Assembly: GCA_036517195.1 (NCBI GenBank)
Contig: DATDXU010000005.1
Span: forward strand, 4,975 to 68,974
Source of the DNA: Minisyncoccota bacterium
GTDB taxonomy: Bacteria > Patescibacteriota > Minisyncoccia > Phycocordibacterales > UBA2100
Direction of reading: 5' to 3'
DNA: 64,000 bases
Shown here in pieces: positions 26,005 to 35,407 of the stretch. Both the position numbers and the translations under genes were made by a program. Each line of letters opens with the position of its first letter. Positions within the stretch are counted from its first letter, which is position 1. Under the pieces are notes generated by a model. That model was not told where the DNA came from and made no database searches. It worked only from the letters and a program-made list of their open reading frames with translations.

Positions 26005-27834
26005 TTACTCTATGCGGGGCACATATGTTTCATGTACGAACATATTCCATACGCGTTCGGTGTCGACGTACCATGAGTGTGCTTCCGCGAACCTTTCTGA
26101 TGGGGTCGTGAGAGCACCTAGGGTGACACCTTTTAGCCACATCGGTGTAACGTATGTGAATTTCGGCGCATACAGGAATATGGCCGGCCGGTCTTTTTTA
26201 ATAATTTCAGCGAAAGATTTGTAGAGCGCCTCGCGTTCTTTTTTGTTGGTTGTTGCGCGCGCTTCCGCCAGCAGTGCGTCTGCTTTTGAGTTTGTGTACA
26301 GTGCCAAATTCAGACCCGGATCGTTGCGCTGGCTCGAATGCCAGAAGGAAAACAAATCGAGTGTCCTTCCTATAACTTCTCCAAACAGGAGCGCGTCGTA
26401 GGAGCGCGGACGCAACACTGCTGTGTTTAATTCGGGCAGTGTGTACACCTGTACGCGCACGTCAACCCCAATCGTTTGCCAACGCTGGGCGATATGTTCT
26501 GCCGTAGCGACCAATTCTGGCGCGTCCGAGGTTGCAAGAGTAAACGCGAGAGGTTTTTTCTTTTTGGCCCATATGCCAGTTGTCGTGTCCATGCTCCATC
26601 CACCCTTTTTTAGAAGTTCGTGAGCCTCATCTATCCATGCGGTACTGTTTTCTTCTGTCGCAGAGTTGATACTTTCTACTTTTTCCTCACCAGAGAGTAC
26701 CCCGGGCGGGATGGGGCTTTCGATAACCACCCCGCTTCCATGGAGGATGTCTCGCACGATTGATTCTTTGTCAATTGCACTTTCGAGGGCTGCGCGCACC
26801 GAGGGGTCTGCAAGAGATGGGGCGTGATTTTGATTAAAAAAGATTCCAAAAACGCGCGGTAGCGTGGTGGATATGTATGCTCGTTTTTTTTCTTGCAACG
26901 GGGGCGAGGTGCTTACAAATGTATCAATGCGACCAGTGCGAAACGCCGTTTTCAGTGCCTCCTCGTTAGAAAATATTTTTATCCATATGTGTTTAAGGTG
27001 TGGTTGTCCCAGTGCGTATTTTTTAAATGGTGTGAGAGTTATCTCTGTGATGGAGCCAGCCCGATCCGTGTTTTGATTTTTGATGGCAAAAGCACCGGAG
27101 CCTATCGGGTGTGTATTGAGGGGAGAAAAAGGAAATTCTGTTGCCGAAATATCTTGCCATGCGTGGCGGGGGAGAATGCCGAGTGTTGTATTTTCCAAAA
27201 ATGGCGCATATGGATGTGGCAGGGTGAAGATAATTGTTTTTTCGTCAGGACTTGCGACAGCTACTCCTTCCCAGTCCGCGCGTCGCGGACTTTTTATGTC
27301 TGGATGTTGTGCCATTTGAATTGTAAATACGATGTCATTTGCGCGCAGGGGCTCTCCATCGTGAAAGGTGAGATTGTCCTTGAGGGTGAATGTGTATACG
27401 GTGCCGTCTGGCGAAATTTCATACGAATGCGCTATGTCTGGCACGATAGTTCCATCTGGAAGTGCTTTTGTGAGCCCGGAAAACACTAACTCAGTGAGGT
27501 CGTTATCTGTTTGAGATACTGCGAGGATGGGATTTATAGAACGTACCGCACCCACGAGTCCTTCAGTTATGTTTCCTCCGCGGGAGGGTACAACAACAGA
27601 GGCCTCTCGACTGATTCCGACAACGAGGAGAAGAACGCTTGTGAGTAAGACAAGTGAAAGGACATATAACAGCAAACGTTCGCTCGGTCTCAACGAGACG
27701 AGCAAGCGCTCCAAAATGTGCATGTATGGTATGCGACGCCACCTGAACAGCGAGCGTACAAAAGAAGCCACGTCATGTTTTGGTGGCACGGGTTCAGGTT
27801 CCGATTCTTTCATTCTTGTTTTTTCTGGATACAT
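26005..27834 (-). CDS. ABC transporter substrate-binding protein (family 5, peptide/nickel type) with an N-terminal TM anchor
   Basis: About 609 aa with an OppA/DppA-like pattern and a hydrophobic N-terminal helix. Confidence 0.65.
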   Translation of the reverse strand: MYPEKTRMKESEPEPVPPKHDVASFVRSLFRWRRIPYMHILERLLVSLRPSERLLLYVLSLVLLTSVLLLVVGISREASVVVPSRGGNITEGLVGAVRSINPILAVSQTDNDLTELVFSGLTKALPDGTIVPDIAHSYEISPDGTVYTFTLKDNLTFHDGEPLRANDIVFTIQMAQHPDIKSPRRADWEGVAVASPDEKTIIFTLPHPYAPFLENTTLGILPRHAWQDISATEFPFSPLNTHPIGSGAFAIKNQNTDRAGSITEITLTPFKKYALGQPHLKHIWIKIFSNEEALKTAFRTGRIDTFVSTSPPLQEKKRAYISTTLPRVFGIFFNQNHAPSLADPSVRAALESAIDKESIVRDILHGSGVVIESPIPPGVLSGEEKVESINSATEENSTAWIDEAHELLKKGGWSMDTTTGIWAKKKKPLAFTLATSDAPELVATAEHIAQRWQTIGVDVRVQVYTLPELNTAVLRPRSYDALLFGEVIGRTLDLFSFWHSSQRNDPGLNLALYTNSKADALLAEARATTNKKEREALYKSFAEIIKKDRPAIFLYAPKFTYVTPMWLKGVTLGALTTPSERFAEAHSWYVDTERVWNMFVHETYVPRIE

Positions 27835-27903
27835 CGCGTGTGGGGGTGCACAACAAAGTGCATGTGTGTCTGACCCTCTACTCTAGAAGGTCGCACGGGG
27901 ATA

Positions 27904-28134
27904 TTATATGAGTAAAGTTATGAGTGCCGAGAGGGCGAAAAGAATACCAAGAATAATAGTAGCATAAAATAGTGTCTTTTCTAGGCCGCGACGCGTGTGA
28001 AATCCAGAACTAAAGTTGTCTGCCCCAAATGCGCCACCCAAAGAGGCGCCTGTTCTTTGAAGAACGACGGCCCCAATCAAAAGTACTGAGAGTATAATCT
28101 GCACATAGGGCAGAAAAGAGTTCAGGAGTTCCAT
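27904..28134 (-). CDS. secG: Preprotein translocase subunit SecG
   Basis: 76 aa with two TM helices and the glycine-rich loop GASLGGAFG. Confidence 0.65.
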   Translation of the reverse strand: MELLNSFLPYVQIILSVLLIGAVVLQRTGASLGGAFGADNFSSGFHTRRGLEKTLFYATIILGILFALSALITLLI

Positions 28135-28261
28135 ATCACTAAGTGCTCACAAGTATAGCATAGTGGGTTTTATATGCAAGCTTTGCGTTATATACCTGTT
28201 TTGTGCGGCGACAAGTATTTTTCGCACCAATGTTTTTTTTCGGTTTGTTTTGCGGGGCAAA

Positions 28262-28298
28262 AAAGTATGGCGCGCCAAGAGGCGCGCCAATTGTAGCG
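28262..28298 (-). terminator. Rho-independent terminator (minus strand)
   Basis: GGCGCGCC-tcttg-GGCGCGCC followed by ATACTTTTTTG on the minus strand. Confidence 0.55.
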
Positions 28299-28303
28299 AA
28301 GAA

Positions 28304-28582
28304 TCAGGGAGATTTGCGTAAGATTTTTCGTACTTCCCAGATGACACTCGCGTAAAGACCAACGCATATCGCGAAGAGTCCCCACACGGCCCATAGCGAT
28401 AGGTGCATGGTGGACGCGATGTGTTGTATGGCAATCACCCTCGACGTTTCAATCGAGAGTATGGTTCCTAGTATTCCCAACCCCCCCATGAGCACCGCAA
28501 TAAACGTGCCGACTGAAACGAGCTCCAATATTCTATTTCTATGCCAAGAGGATGGTTTATGGTTGTTGTTTGTAGGATTCAT
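28304..28582 (-). CDS. Hypothetical membrane protein
   Basis: 92 aa with two TM helices. Confidence 0.35.
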   Translation of the reverse strand: MNPTNNNHKPSSWHRNRILELVSVGTFIAVLMGGLGILGTILSIETSRVIAIQHIASTMHLSLWAVWGLFAICVGLYASVIWEVRKILRKSP

Positions 28583-28648
28583 TCCCCGGTCTCCCCGAAT
28601 ATGTTGCTATTTTTAGAATATCATGATATGGTCTTTCTGTCAAAACAT

Positions 28649-28677
28649 TTGACTCGAAATCGCAGTGCGTTTATAGT
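28649..28677 (+). promoter_or_regulatory. Sigma70-like promoter for groES-groEL; no CIRCE element seen
   Basis: TTGACT, a 17-bp spacer, then TATAGT, about 60 bp upstream of groES. Confidence 0.45.
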
Positions 28678-28740
28678 GTTCACGCTACGAGGTGTCGTAT
28701 TCAAGAGTAACCTTTTATTATTATTTTAAGCCAAAATAAC

Positions 28741-29052
28741 ATGGTAAAAACAACAGCAAAAGTTAATTTTCGTCCACTTGGAGATAGGGTTTTGGTTAAG
28801 CCGGAGGAAGCGAAAGACAAGAAGTCTCCGGGGGGCATTATTATTCCTGACACCGCGAAGGAAAAGCCAGAGCATGGAATTGTTGTTGCGGTGGGGATGG
28901 GTAAGCGAAGCGAGAACAACACACTTATTCCCATGTCGGTAAAGGTGGGTGATCGGGTGATGTTTTCTAAGTATGGATATGATGAAGTGAAAATCAACGA
29001 TGAAGAATATTATGTTGTGTCCGAATCAAACATTCTTGCTGTTATTAAGTAA
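28741..29052 (+). CDS. groES: Co-chaperonin GroES
   Basis: The 103-aa sequence LGDRVLVK...GGIIIPDTAKEKP is diagnostic. Confidence 0.9.
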   Translation: MVKTTAKVNFRPLGDRVLVKPEEAKDKKSPGGIIIPDTAKEKPEHGIVVAVGMGKRSENNTLIPMSVKVGDRVMFSKYGYDEVKINDEEYYVVSESNILAVIK

Positions 29053-29079
29053 TGCCCTTATCACTAACTAATTAAAATT

Positions 29080-30726
29080 ATGTCAGCAAAAAAAGTAATC
29101 TTTGACCAAGAGGCGCGCGGTGCCTTGAAGCGCGGTATTGATATTGTGGCGGGCGCCGTCAGAATCACACTTGGGCCCCGAGGAAGAAACGTCGCGCTCG
29201 ATCGCGCGTGGGGTTCTCCTGTCATTACGAATGACGGCGTTTCGATTGCAAAAGAAATCACACTTAAAGATAAGTTTGAAAACATGGGCGCCTCGATTGC
29301 AAAAGAGGTTGCCACAAAAACGAATGACAAGGTGGGGGATGGTACTACAACCGCAGTTGTATTGATGCAGGCAATTGTGCATGAGGGGCTAAAGCGCACA
29401 GCGCTTGGCGCAAACGCCATGCGCGTGCGCAAGGGCATTGAGGCGGCGGCGAAAGATGCCGTTGATGAGCTTCGAAAAATTTCCCGCGACGTGAAGGGCA
29501 AGAGTGACATACGCCAAGTTGCGACCATTGCCGCTGAATCAGAAGATTTGGGTCGTACGATTGCGGACACGGTGGAAAAAGTCGGCAAGGACGGAGTCGT
29601 GACCGTTGAGGAATCGCAGTCAATTGGCATTGAGTCCGATTTTGTGGAAGGTATGGAATTTGATAAGGGATATGTGAGTCCGTATATGGTGACTAACGCG
29701 GAACGCATGGAAGCTGAAATGAAAGATGCATCTGTTCTTATTACCGACAGAAAAATATCGATCATTAAAGACATCCTTCCGCTTCTTGAAAAAATGGCAG
29801 CTGTCGGAAAGAAAGATTTGTGCATTATTGCGGACGATGTGGATGGTGAGGCGCTCGCGACATTTGTTGTCAACAAATTACGCGGCACATTCTTTGTGCT
29901 TGCGGTGAAGGCGCCCGGGTATGGCGACCGCAAGAAAGAAATGCTCGCGGATATTGCGGCGACCGTCGGTGCTTCTGTCGTGTCCGAGGACATGGGGGTG
30001 AAGCTTGAAAAAGCCGATCTGTCCGTGTTGGGCCGCGCACAGCGTATTGTTGCCGGAAAAGATTCCACGGTCATTGTTGGCGGGAAGGGCAAGAAAGCGG
30101 ATATTGATGCGCGCATTTCACAATTGCGAAAACAAATTGAAAACACTGATTCAAAATTCGACAAAGAAAAACTTGAAGAGCGGGTCGCGAAACTTTCTGG
30201 CGGCGTTGCGGTGATTCGTGTTGGGGCGGCGACGGAAACAGAAATGAAATATCTGAAAGATAAAGTGGAGGATGCTGTGAACGCCACAAAGGCGGCGCTT
30301 GCCGAGGGTATCGTGCCTGGAGGGGGCGCGGCACTTGCCAAAGTTGCGGACAAACTTGCCAAAAGGGTAGACGAAAAAGCGCACGACGAATTTACTATCG
30401 GCTACAGGATTCTTGTGTCTGCATTGTCCGCGCCGCTTCTTCAGATTGCCCACAACGCGGGTAGGGAAGACGGGCCGGTGATTCTGCGTGACGTTGTTTC
30501 AAAAGGAAGTGGATGGGGGTTTGATGCGGCTGGCGAAGGGGTGGACGCTCATATAGTAGACATGTATGAAGCGGGTATCATTGACCCTGTGAAAGTTACC
30601 CGAAGCTGTGTTGAGCATGCGGCATCTGCGGCGGCAGTTCTGCTTACGACAGAGGCGGCAGTTGCGGAAGAGCCGGAAGAAAAAAAGCCGGCACTTCCAA
30701 TGCAGGGAGGGGAAGACATGATGTAA
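29080..30726 (+). CDS. groEL: Chaperonin GroEL
   Basis: AKKVIFDQEAR...GDGTTTA...GGGAALA, and a C-terminal GGEDMM tail. Confidence 0.95.
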   Translation: MSAKKVIFDQEARGALKRGIDIVAGAVRITLGPRGRNVALDRAWGSPVITNDGVSIAKEITLKDKFENMGASIAKEVATKTNDKVGDGTTTAVVLMQAIVHEGLKRTALGANAMRVRKGIEAAAKDAVDELRKISRDVKGKSDIRQVATIAAESEDLGRTIADTVEKVGKDGVVTVEESQSIGIESDFVEGMEFDKGYVSPYMVTNAERMEAEMKDASVLITDRKISIIKDILPLLEKMAAVGKKDLCIIADDVDGEALATFVVNKLRGTFFVLAVKAPGYGDRKKEMLADIAATVGASVVSEDMGVKLEKADLSVLGRAQRIVAGKDSTVIVGGKGKKADIDARISQLRKQIENTDSKFDKEKLEERVAKLSGGVAVIRVGAATETEMKYLKDKVEDAVNATKAALAEGIVPGGGAALAKVADKLAKRVDEKAHDEFTIGYRILVSALSAPLLQIAHNAGREDGPVILRDVVSKGSGWGFDAAGEGVDAHIVDMYEAGIIDPVKVTRSCVEHAASAAAVLLTTEAAVAEEPEEKKPALPMQGGEDMM

Positions 30727-30749
30727 ATAAGGGGTGATGAAAAATGAAG

Positions 30750-30776
30750 CACCACGGGCGAGTCCGTGGTGTTTTA
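30750..30776 (+). terminator. Rho-independent terminator after groEL
   Basis: CACCACGG-gcgagt-CCGTGGTG followed by TTTT. Confidence 0.6.
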
Positions 30777-30799
30777 GAGTTTACAGCAAAACCTAAATA

Positions 30800-30833
30800 C
30801 TTGTCCGTGGTGCGGAATCCCGCACCGAGGACC
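30800..30833. repeat. Palindromic repeat family copy B (reverse orientation of the copy at 60629)
   Basis: CTTGTCCGTGGTGCGGAATCCCGCACCGAGGACC is the reverse complement of 60629-60662 except for 1-2 nt. Confidence 0.55.
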
Positions 30834-30933
30834 AGTTCATTTGTGTGTACACTGGTGGTCCTCTGGTGCGTGGAAGAAGGCCGCCCTGTGAGATAGCGAG
30901 CTTTGTGAGCTCAATCTCATAGGACGGTTTTCG

Positions 30934-31380
30934 TTAGCATCCGCCGAACAGGAGGTCTTTCTCATGTTCCTCTGTTCCGAGTTCGTGCGTGGCGTCTTCT
31001 ATGAGTGGAATGCCAAGATTCGGATCCTCGGCGAGCCCTCCTAAAATTTGGTCATACATTGCGAGTCCGCCAGGTTCCTGAGCACGTATTTCTTTTGCGT
31101 GGAAGGCCACTTGTTCCAGCCACTCCAGTGGCGTTACAGAACCGTCGTCTCTTCCGATCCGCACACTTCGCATATCGGATTCCATGGCGTCCATGTCAGC
31201 AGGCGTCAATATGCGCTTGTCCCAGAATTGTGGCGGTACCACATCGTCCGACGGGATTACATTTGGTTCAATACCGAGATCTCGTAGACTTTCCAGTCGG
31301 CGAACAAGGTCACCTGCGCCCGGCATATTCAATTCGGCAAACTTCGCTCGAAGTGCCACCGTGTCTACAACATGAGTCAA
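30934..31380 (-). CDS. Hypothetical acidic protein
   Basis: The 148-aa ORF is more protein-like than the R/P-rich ORF overlapping it on the plus strand. Confidence 0.35.
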   Translation of the reverse strand: MTHVVDTVALRAKFAELNMPGAGDLVRRLESLRDLGIEPNVIPSDDVVPPQFWDKRILTPADMDAMESDMRSVRIGRDDGSVTPLEWLEQVAFHAKEIRAQEPGGLAMYDQILGGLAEDPNLGIPLIEDATHELGTEEHEKDLLFGGC

Positions 31381-31489
31381 TGGCGTTCTCCAGTAGTTGT
31401 TGGGTTCCTACCTCATTTATAACACGGAAATTTTCTTTTGCAAATACCGTAGACGAAACACAAGAATATGTGCTATACTCACTTTCATT

Positions 31490-32050
31490 ATGACTATTCT
31501 ATACAGTATTCTTGGGGTTTTGGTTTTTGCGTTTTTGTGGGCGGTGTGGGCGTACAACCGCTTTGTTACTTTGACGAACCGTGGAGAGGAAGCATGGTCT
31601 GATATTGATGTGCAGTTGAAACGCAGATATGACTTGATTCCGAACCTGATTGCGACCGTTAAGGGATACATGCAACACGAACAGGGGACATTTCAAAAGG
31701 TGACGGAGGCGAGAGTGAAGGCGATGGGTGCCTCGACTGTGGGTGAGCACACGCAAGCAGAAAATATGTTGACGGGTGCTCTGAAGTCACTTTTTGCGGT
31801 TGCGGAAAGTTATCCAGACCTAAAAGCAAACACAAATTTTATAGAGCTTCAGAGGGAACTGTCGGATACTGAAAACAAAATACAAGCCGCGCGCAGGTTC
31901 TATAACTCTGTTGTACAGGACTTACAAAATGCGCTGGAACAATTCCCATCCAATCTCATAGGAAACATATGTAAGTTCACATCGAGAGAATTTTTTCAAC
32001 TTGGAGAGGGTGAGGTGGCCGCAAAAGAACCAGTTGCAGTCAAGTTTTAA
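31490..32050 (+). CDS. lemA: LemA family protein
   Basis: An N-terminal TM helix followed by the conserved WNRFVTLTNRGEEAWSDIDVQLKRRYDLIPNL block. Confidence 0.7.
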   Translation: MTILYSILGVLVFAFLWAVWAYNRFVTLTNRGEEAWSDIDVQLKRRYDLIPNLIATVKGYMQHEQGTFQKVTEARVKAMGASTVGEHTQAENMLTGALKSLFAVAESYPDLKANTNFIELQRELSDTENKIQAARRFYNSVVQDLQNALEQFPSNLIGNICKFTSREFFQLGEGEVAAKEPVAVKF

Positions 32051-32972
32051 TTGTGTGGAGAAGAATAGAGACGTATTAGGAAGAGAAAACAAAAAGACGG
32101 GTATTTCTCGTCGCACACTTCTCATAGGAGTTTCTGCTGTGGCGGGAGCGACTCTCGGTGGCGTTATCGCACATAGGGCGTTTTCGCCAAAGGAAACCAA
32201 GACCGATTTTCCAAAAAAAACTCCGACGCTCAGTCCAGAGAAAATTCCTACGAGCATTGATCGGGTACATGCAGAGATAGAACATGCGCGCATCCTCCTG
32301 TCTTCAAAAGACCCACTCGATGTTCTCAAAAGCACACATCTTGTGTCTGCCCTGTATTATTCCGACAGATTCCTTGCGTCTATTTTAAAATCAAGTGATA
32401 CGCCTGATGAATCACATGAAATCGTGCGCGGCATTGTCCCCCATATCACCACAGATGTTCGGCGGCGCTATGTGGAAGCTCTTTCAAAAGAGGCGTATAG
32501 AGCATTTGGCGAGCGATCCGAAGAGAAGCGCTCGCTCCCATTTCCGAAGTTAGATTTTGGACGAGGGGACAATCATCCTGATGCAGTGGATATTTTTGCG
32601 CGAGAGGGAACTAAAATCGCCTCTGTTCGAAGGGGTGTCGTTGTTTTGGCGGAATCCGGTTGGACCGAAAAGAATCCGTATCTTGGAACTTCTCCAAGGG
32701 GTGGAAACACAGCTATCGTTTTTAATCAGGATTCCAAACAGTTTTATCGGTATGCTCATCTCGATAGGGTTTCTATACGTACCGGAGAGGTGATAGGGGC
32801 GGGGCATTCCATAGGAACCGTTGGGAGAACTGGCATCAACGCTTTTCAAAATCGTAGCGCCAGTCATGTGCATCTGGAAATTAATGCATATACTCCAGCA
32901 ACACAGGGTATGAGATCGCTCTCGTCTCATGAAGTTAAACAAGAGATTCAAAAAATTAATTCAAATTCGTAA
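32001..32972 (+). CDS. M23 family metallopeptidase (LytM-like); the start is uncertain
   Basis: The C-terminal HxxxD...HVHLEIN Zn-binding motifs (GAGHSIGTVGRTG...SHVHLE). Confidence 0.65.
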   Translation: MERVRWPQKNQLQSSFNCVEKNRDVLGRENKKTGISRRTLLIGVSAVAGATLGGVIAHRAFSPKETKTDFPKKTPTLSPEKIPTSIDRVHAEIEHARILLSSKDPLDVLKSTHLVSALYYSDRFLASILKSSDTPDESHEIVRGIVPHITTDVRRRYVEALSKEAYRAFGERSEEKRSLPFPKLDFGRGDNHPDAVDIFAREGTKIASVRRGVVVLAESGWTEKNPYLGTSPRGGNTAIVFNQDSKQFYRYAHLDRVSIRTGEVIGAGHSIGTVGRTGINAFQNRSASHVHLEINAYTPATQGMRSLSSHEVKQEIQKINSNS

Positions 32973-32977
32973 TTGTA

Positions 32978-33107
32978 TGAATCCCGTTAGAAGTCGCGGA
33001 CGCATGCGAGAGGGGGTGTATACACATAAGTTTTGTGTTATACACTAATCGAGTGGGGGTGTGGAAATTTAAGTTTTTCCGCGTCCTACTTCTAAACGGG
33101 ATGAATA
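32978..33107. repeat. MITE-like element copy E1 (about 130 bp, terminal inverted repeats TGAATCCCGTTAGAAGTCGCGGACGC / CCGCGTCCTACTTCTAAACGGGATGAAT)
   Basis: It is homologous, in inverted orientation, to the copy at 44831-44956. Its right end overlaps the htpX start codon. Confidence 0.55.
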
Positions 33108-33988
33108 TCTACAATGAACGGGGCAAGAATATTAGGAGAACATGGTTGCTCATGGTTGGATTTTTGGTGTTCATTATAGGGCTTGGATATTTTATTTCGT
33201 GGTATATGGGAGAGTCGTGGATTCTCTATATGGCCGTCATTTTTTCTTTCGGTATGAACATCACCGCGTATTGGTTTTCAGACAAAATCGCGCTTTCCGC
33301 AACGAGAGCACATGAGGCGGACGGGGTGAAGTATCTAGAGCTCCACCGCACAGTAGAAAATCTCGCAATTACCGCCGGACTTCCAAAGCCGAGGGTGTAT
33401 GTCATAGAGGACTCGGCGCCAAACGCATTCGCCGCTGGCCGTGATGCGAAGCATGCCGTTGTTGCGGTGACTACGGGACTCCTTGCGCGGCTTGAGAAAA
33501 GCGAACTTGAAGGAGTGATCGCGCACGAACTCTCGCATATCGGAAACAGGGATATTCTCGTTATGACCGTCGCCGTGGTACTTGCCGGATTCGTGGCGAT
33601 TATTGCAGACATATTTCTTCGCATGAGTTTTCATGGGGGAGGTGACAGGGAGATGAGGAATCCTGTCGTCCTCATTGCGGGGATTGTTGCAATTCTTTTG
33701 GCGCCATTTGCGGCAAAGCTGATTCAGCTTTCTATTTCACGCAAGCGAGAATTTCTTGCGGACGCGTCTGGCGCTCTTCTTACGCGGTATCCAGACGGGC
33801 TTGCGTCCGCTCTCAAGAAAATTGCTTCATACGAGGCACCCATGCGACACGCAAATCATGCAACGGCGCATCTATTCATTTCTAATCCGTTTGGCGCGCA
33901 TGAGGCGGGGCCCTTTTTTGCAAAATTATTCTCTACGCATCCACCTGTTGAAGAAAGAATTACAGCGCTCACGGGGATGCGGATGTAG
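33101..33988 (+). CDS. htpX: Zinc metalloprotease HtpX (M48)
   Basis: HELSHIGNRD is an HExxH motif. There are TM helices, and the second Zn-ligand Glu lies in REFLADASGA. Confidence 0.8.
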   Translation: MNIYNERGKNIRRTWLLMVGFLVFIIGLGYFISWYMGESWILYMAVIFSFGMNITAYWFSDKIALSATRAHEADGVKYLELHRTVENLAITAGLPKPRVYVIEDSAPNAFAAGRDAKHAVVAVTTGLLARLEKSELEGVIAHELSHIGNRDILVMTVAVVLAGFVAIIADIFLRMSFHGGGDREMRNPVVLIAGIVAILLAPFAAKLIQLSISRKREFLADASGALLTRYPDGLASALKKIASYEAPMRHANHATAHLFISNPFGAHEAGPFFAKLFSTHPPVEERITALTGMRM

Positions 33989-34016
33989 AGAAGTGCATGG
34001 TATAACAAGTCGATCT

Positions 34017-34104
34017 GGAGGGTTCGCATAGCGGTCTAGTGCGCACGCTTGGAAAGCGTGTGTGCCGAAAGGCACCGAGAGTTCGAATCTCTCACCCTCC
34101 GCCA
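34017..34104 (+). tRNA. tRNA-Ser (anticodon GGA), CCA encoded
   Basis: Type II tRNA with a long variable arm. Acceptor GGAGGGT/ACCCTCC, anticodon loop TTGGAAA and T-loop TTCGAAT. Confidence 0.85.
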
Positions 34105-34143
34105 GTGGAATAAGGCAAGAATAAGGTGTCAGGAACCTTTTCC

Positions 34144-34464
34144 CTATACGATTTTCAGTATATGAAGCAGAAAAAATCCAGCAATACTGCACACAGATAC
34201 AATAACAACGATTGCTTCGATTATGATACTTGTGGAAAGCTGTAACGCATCACGTTTCAATCGGAATGTTATGCCAACGATGGGGAATAATCCGAGTGCC
34301 AAAACACTTTTACCAAGCCAGTGGTGATAGAATGTTTCTTTGAGCCAACTTTTAAGAGCGGGAATTTCTTCTGCACTGATAATGAGTACGGCGAGCATAA
34401 TTGATGTGCTGGCTGTCGCAAGCGCGACTGAACGGACCCATGGCGCAAGTTTTTCGTACATCAT
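34144..34464 (-). CDS. Hypothetical small membrane protein (last gene of a 4-gene operon)
   Basis: Three TM helices. Its start overlaps the upstream stop as ATGA. Confidence 0.35.
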   Translation of the reverse strand: MMYEKLAPWVRSVALATASTSIMLAVLIISAEEIPALKSWLKETFYHHWLGKSVLALGLFPIVGITFRLKRDALQLSTSIIIEAIVVIVSVCSIAGFFLLHILKIV

Positions 34465-34907
34465 ATAGAGCCGGAAACAAGAATACCTGACGCTGCCACC
34501 GTTATACCGATTGTGAGTGCGATGAATGTTAAAAATGCCGTGCTTTTTCGGAGTCTGCCATCTGCGTTCGCGCGCAGGTATGTTGTAGCGAGCGCAATTG
34601 AGATGGCCACGAACGGCAGTAAAAGAAAAATGTGCTCCTTCGTCTCCATAAAAAACGTATGCGCGACAGGCGTAGCGCCCGCAAGAATGCGTGGTTTAAC
34701 CGCGGAGCCGTAATAAGTAACGTAATAGTAAGCTGAAGTGGTCCACGAGAGAAAGAACAGTGCTACGGCCGACCACGCAACGCGCGACACGAACACGTAA
34801 TTCGGAGCCTTCTTGAGAAGGTGCATAAGGACGACATTGTGCATGCCTATCGCAACAACGCCGCTCAAGACATGGATGATAAGTAGAGCGGCGAGAGTTG
34901 TTGTCAT
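34461..34907 (-). CDS. Hypothetical membrane protein
   Basis: Four TM helices. Translationally coupled on both sides. Confidence 0.35.
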   Translation of the reverse strand: MTTTLAALLIIHVLSGVVAIGMHNVVLMHLLKKAPNYVFVSRVAWSAVALFFLSWTTSAYYYVTYYGSAVKPRILAGATPVAHTFFMETKEHIFLLLPFVAISIALATTYLRANADGRLRKSTAFLTFIALTIGITVAASGILVSGSI

Positions 34908-35407
34908 ATCTTTTTTGGCGCGTGTATGCGGGCGCGGATGAATCGCAAAGAGAAGCCGACAAGTACAATAGCAATCACATAGTATACGAGTATTTCAACA
35001 TAGGTGGCACTGGTTGTACCAATGATGCCCAGAATGAGCGCGACGTACCATGATGTGAGCGACACTGCAGCTCCAATCGCAAACGGTAGTATGCGTGTCT
35101 GTAGAAGAAGTGCGTTTCCAACAAGAACCGCAACGACAGTCATTTTAGCCCAAAATGAAGGGCTGGTGAGAGTTTCCACATGTTCCGTAAGGCGGAAATA
35201 GAGCAAAAATGAAAAGCCAGAAATGACGAGGAGAAAGAGTCCCGTCCGCATGACAGTGTAGGTTATTGAGAGTACTTTTCGCTCATCATCGTTGACGATG
35301 TCGTCGCTGTTGAAGCGCGTGTAATATATTTCGGCGAATGTCGCCGCGCCGACGCCAAGGACAGTTCCAACGATATGCATGATTACTAGAAGCTCGTAGA
35401 AAGTCAT
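34904..35407 (-). CDS. Hypothetical membrane protein (the start is probably at MTFYELL)
   Basis: 4-5 TM helices. It lies directly downstream of the flavodoxin-like oxidoreductase. Confidence 0.35.
   Translation of the reverse strand: MTFYELLVIMHIVGTVLGVGAATFAEIYYTRFNSDDIVNDDERKVLSITYTVMRTGLFLLVISGFSFLLYFRLTEHVETLTSPSFWAKMTVVAVLVGNALLLQTRILPFAIGAAVSLTSWYVALILGIIGTTSATYVEILVYYVIAIVLVGFSLRFIRARIHAPKKI

Noticed and set aside
29064-30362. 432-aa ORF on the minus strand antisense to groEL
   Set aside because: It is a low-complexity S/A/T/P-rich translation of the opposite strand of a highly conserved gene, so it is a typical antisense artefact.
31005-31493. Plus-strand 162-aa R/P-rich ORF antisense to the 30934..31380 gene
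   Set aside because: Low complexity and an odd composition. The minus-strand ORF has a balanced, protein-like composition.
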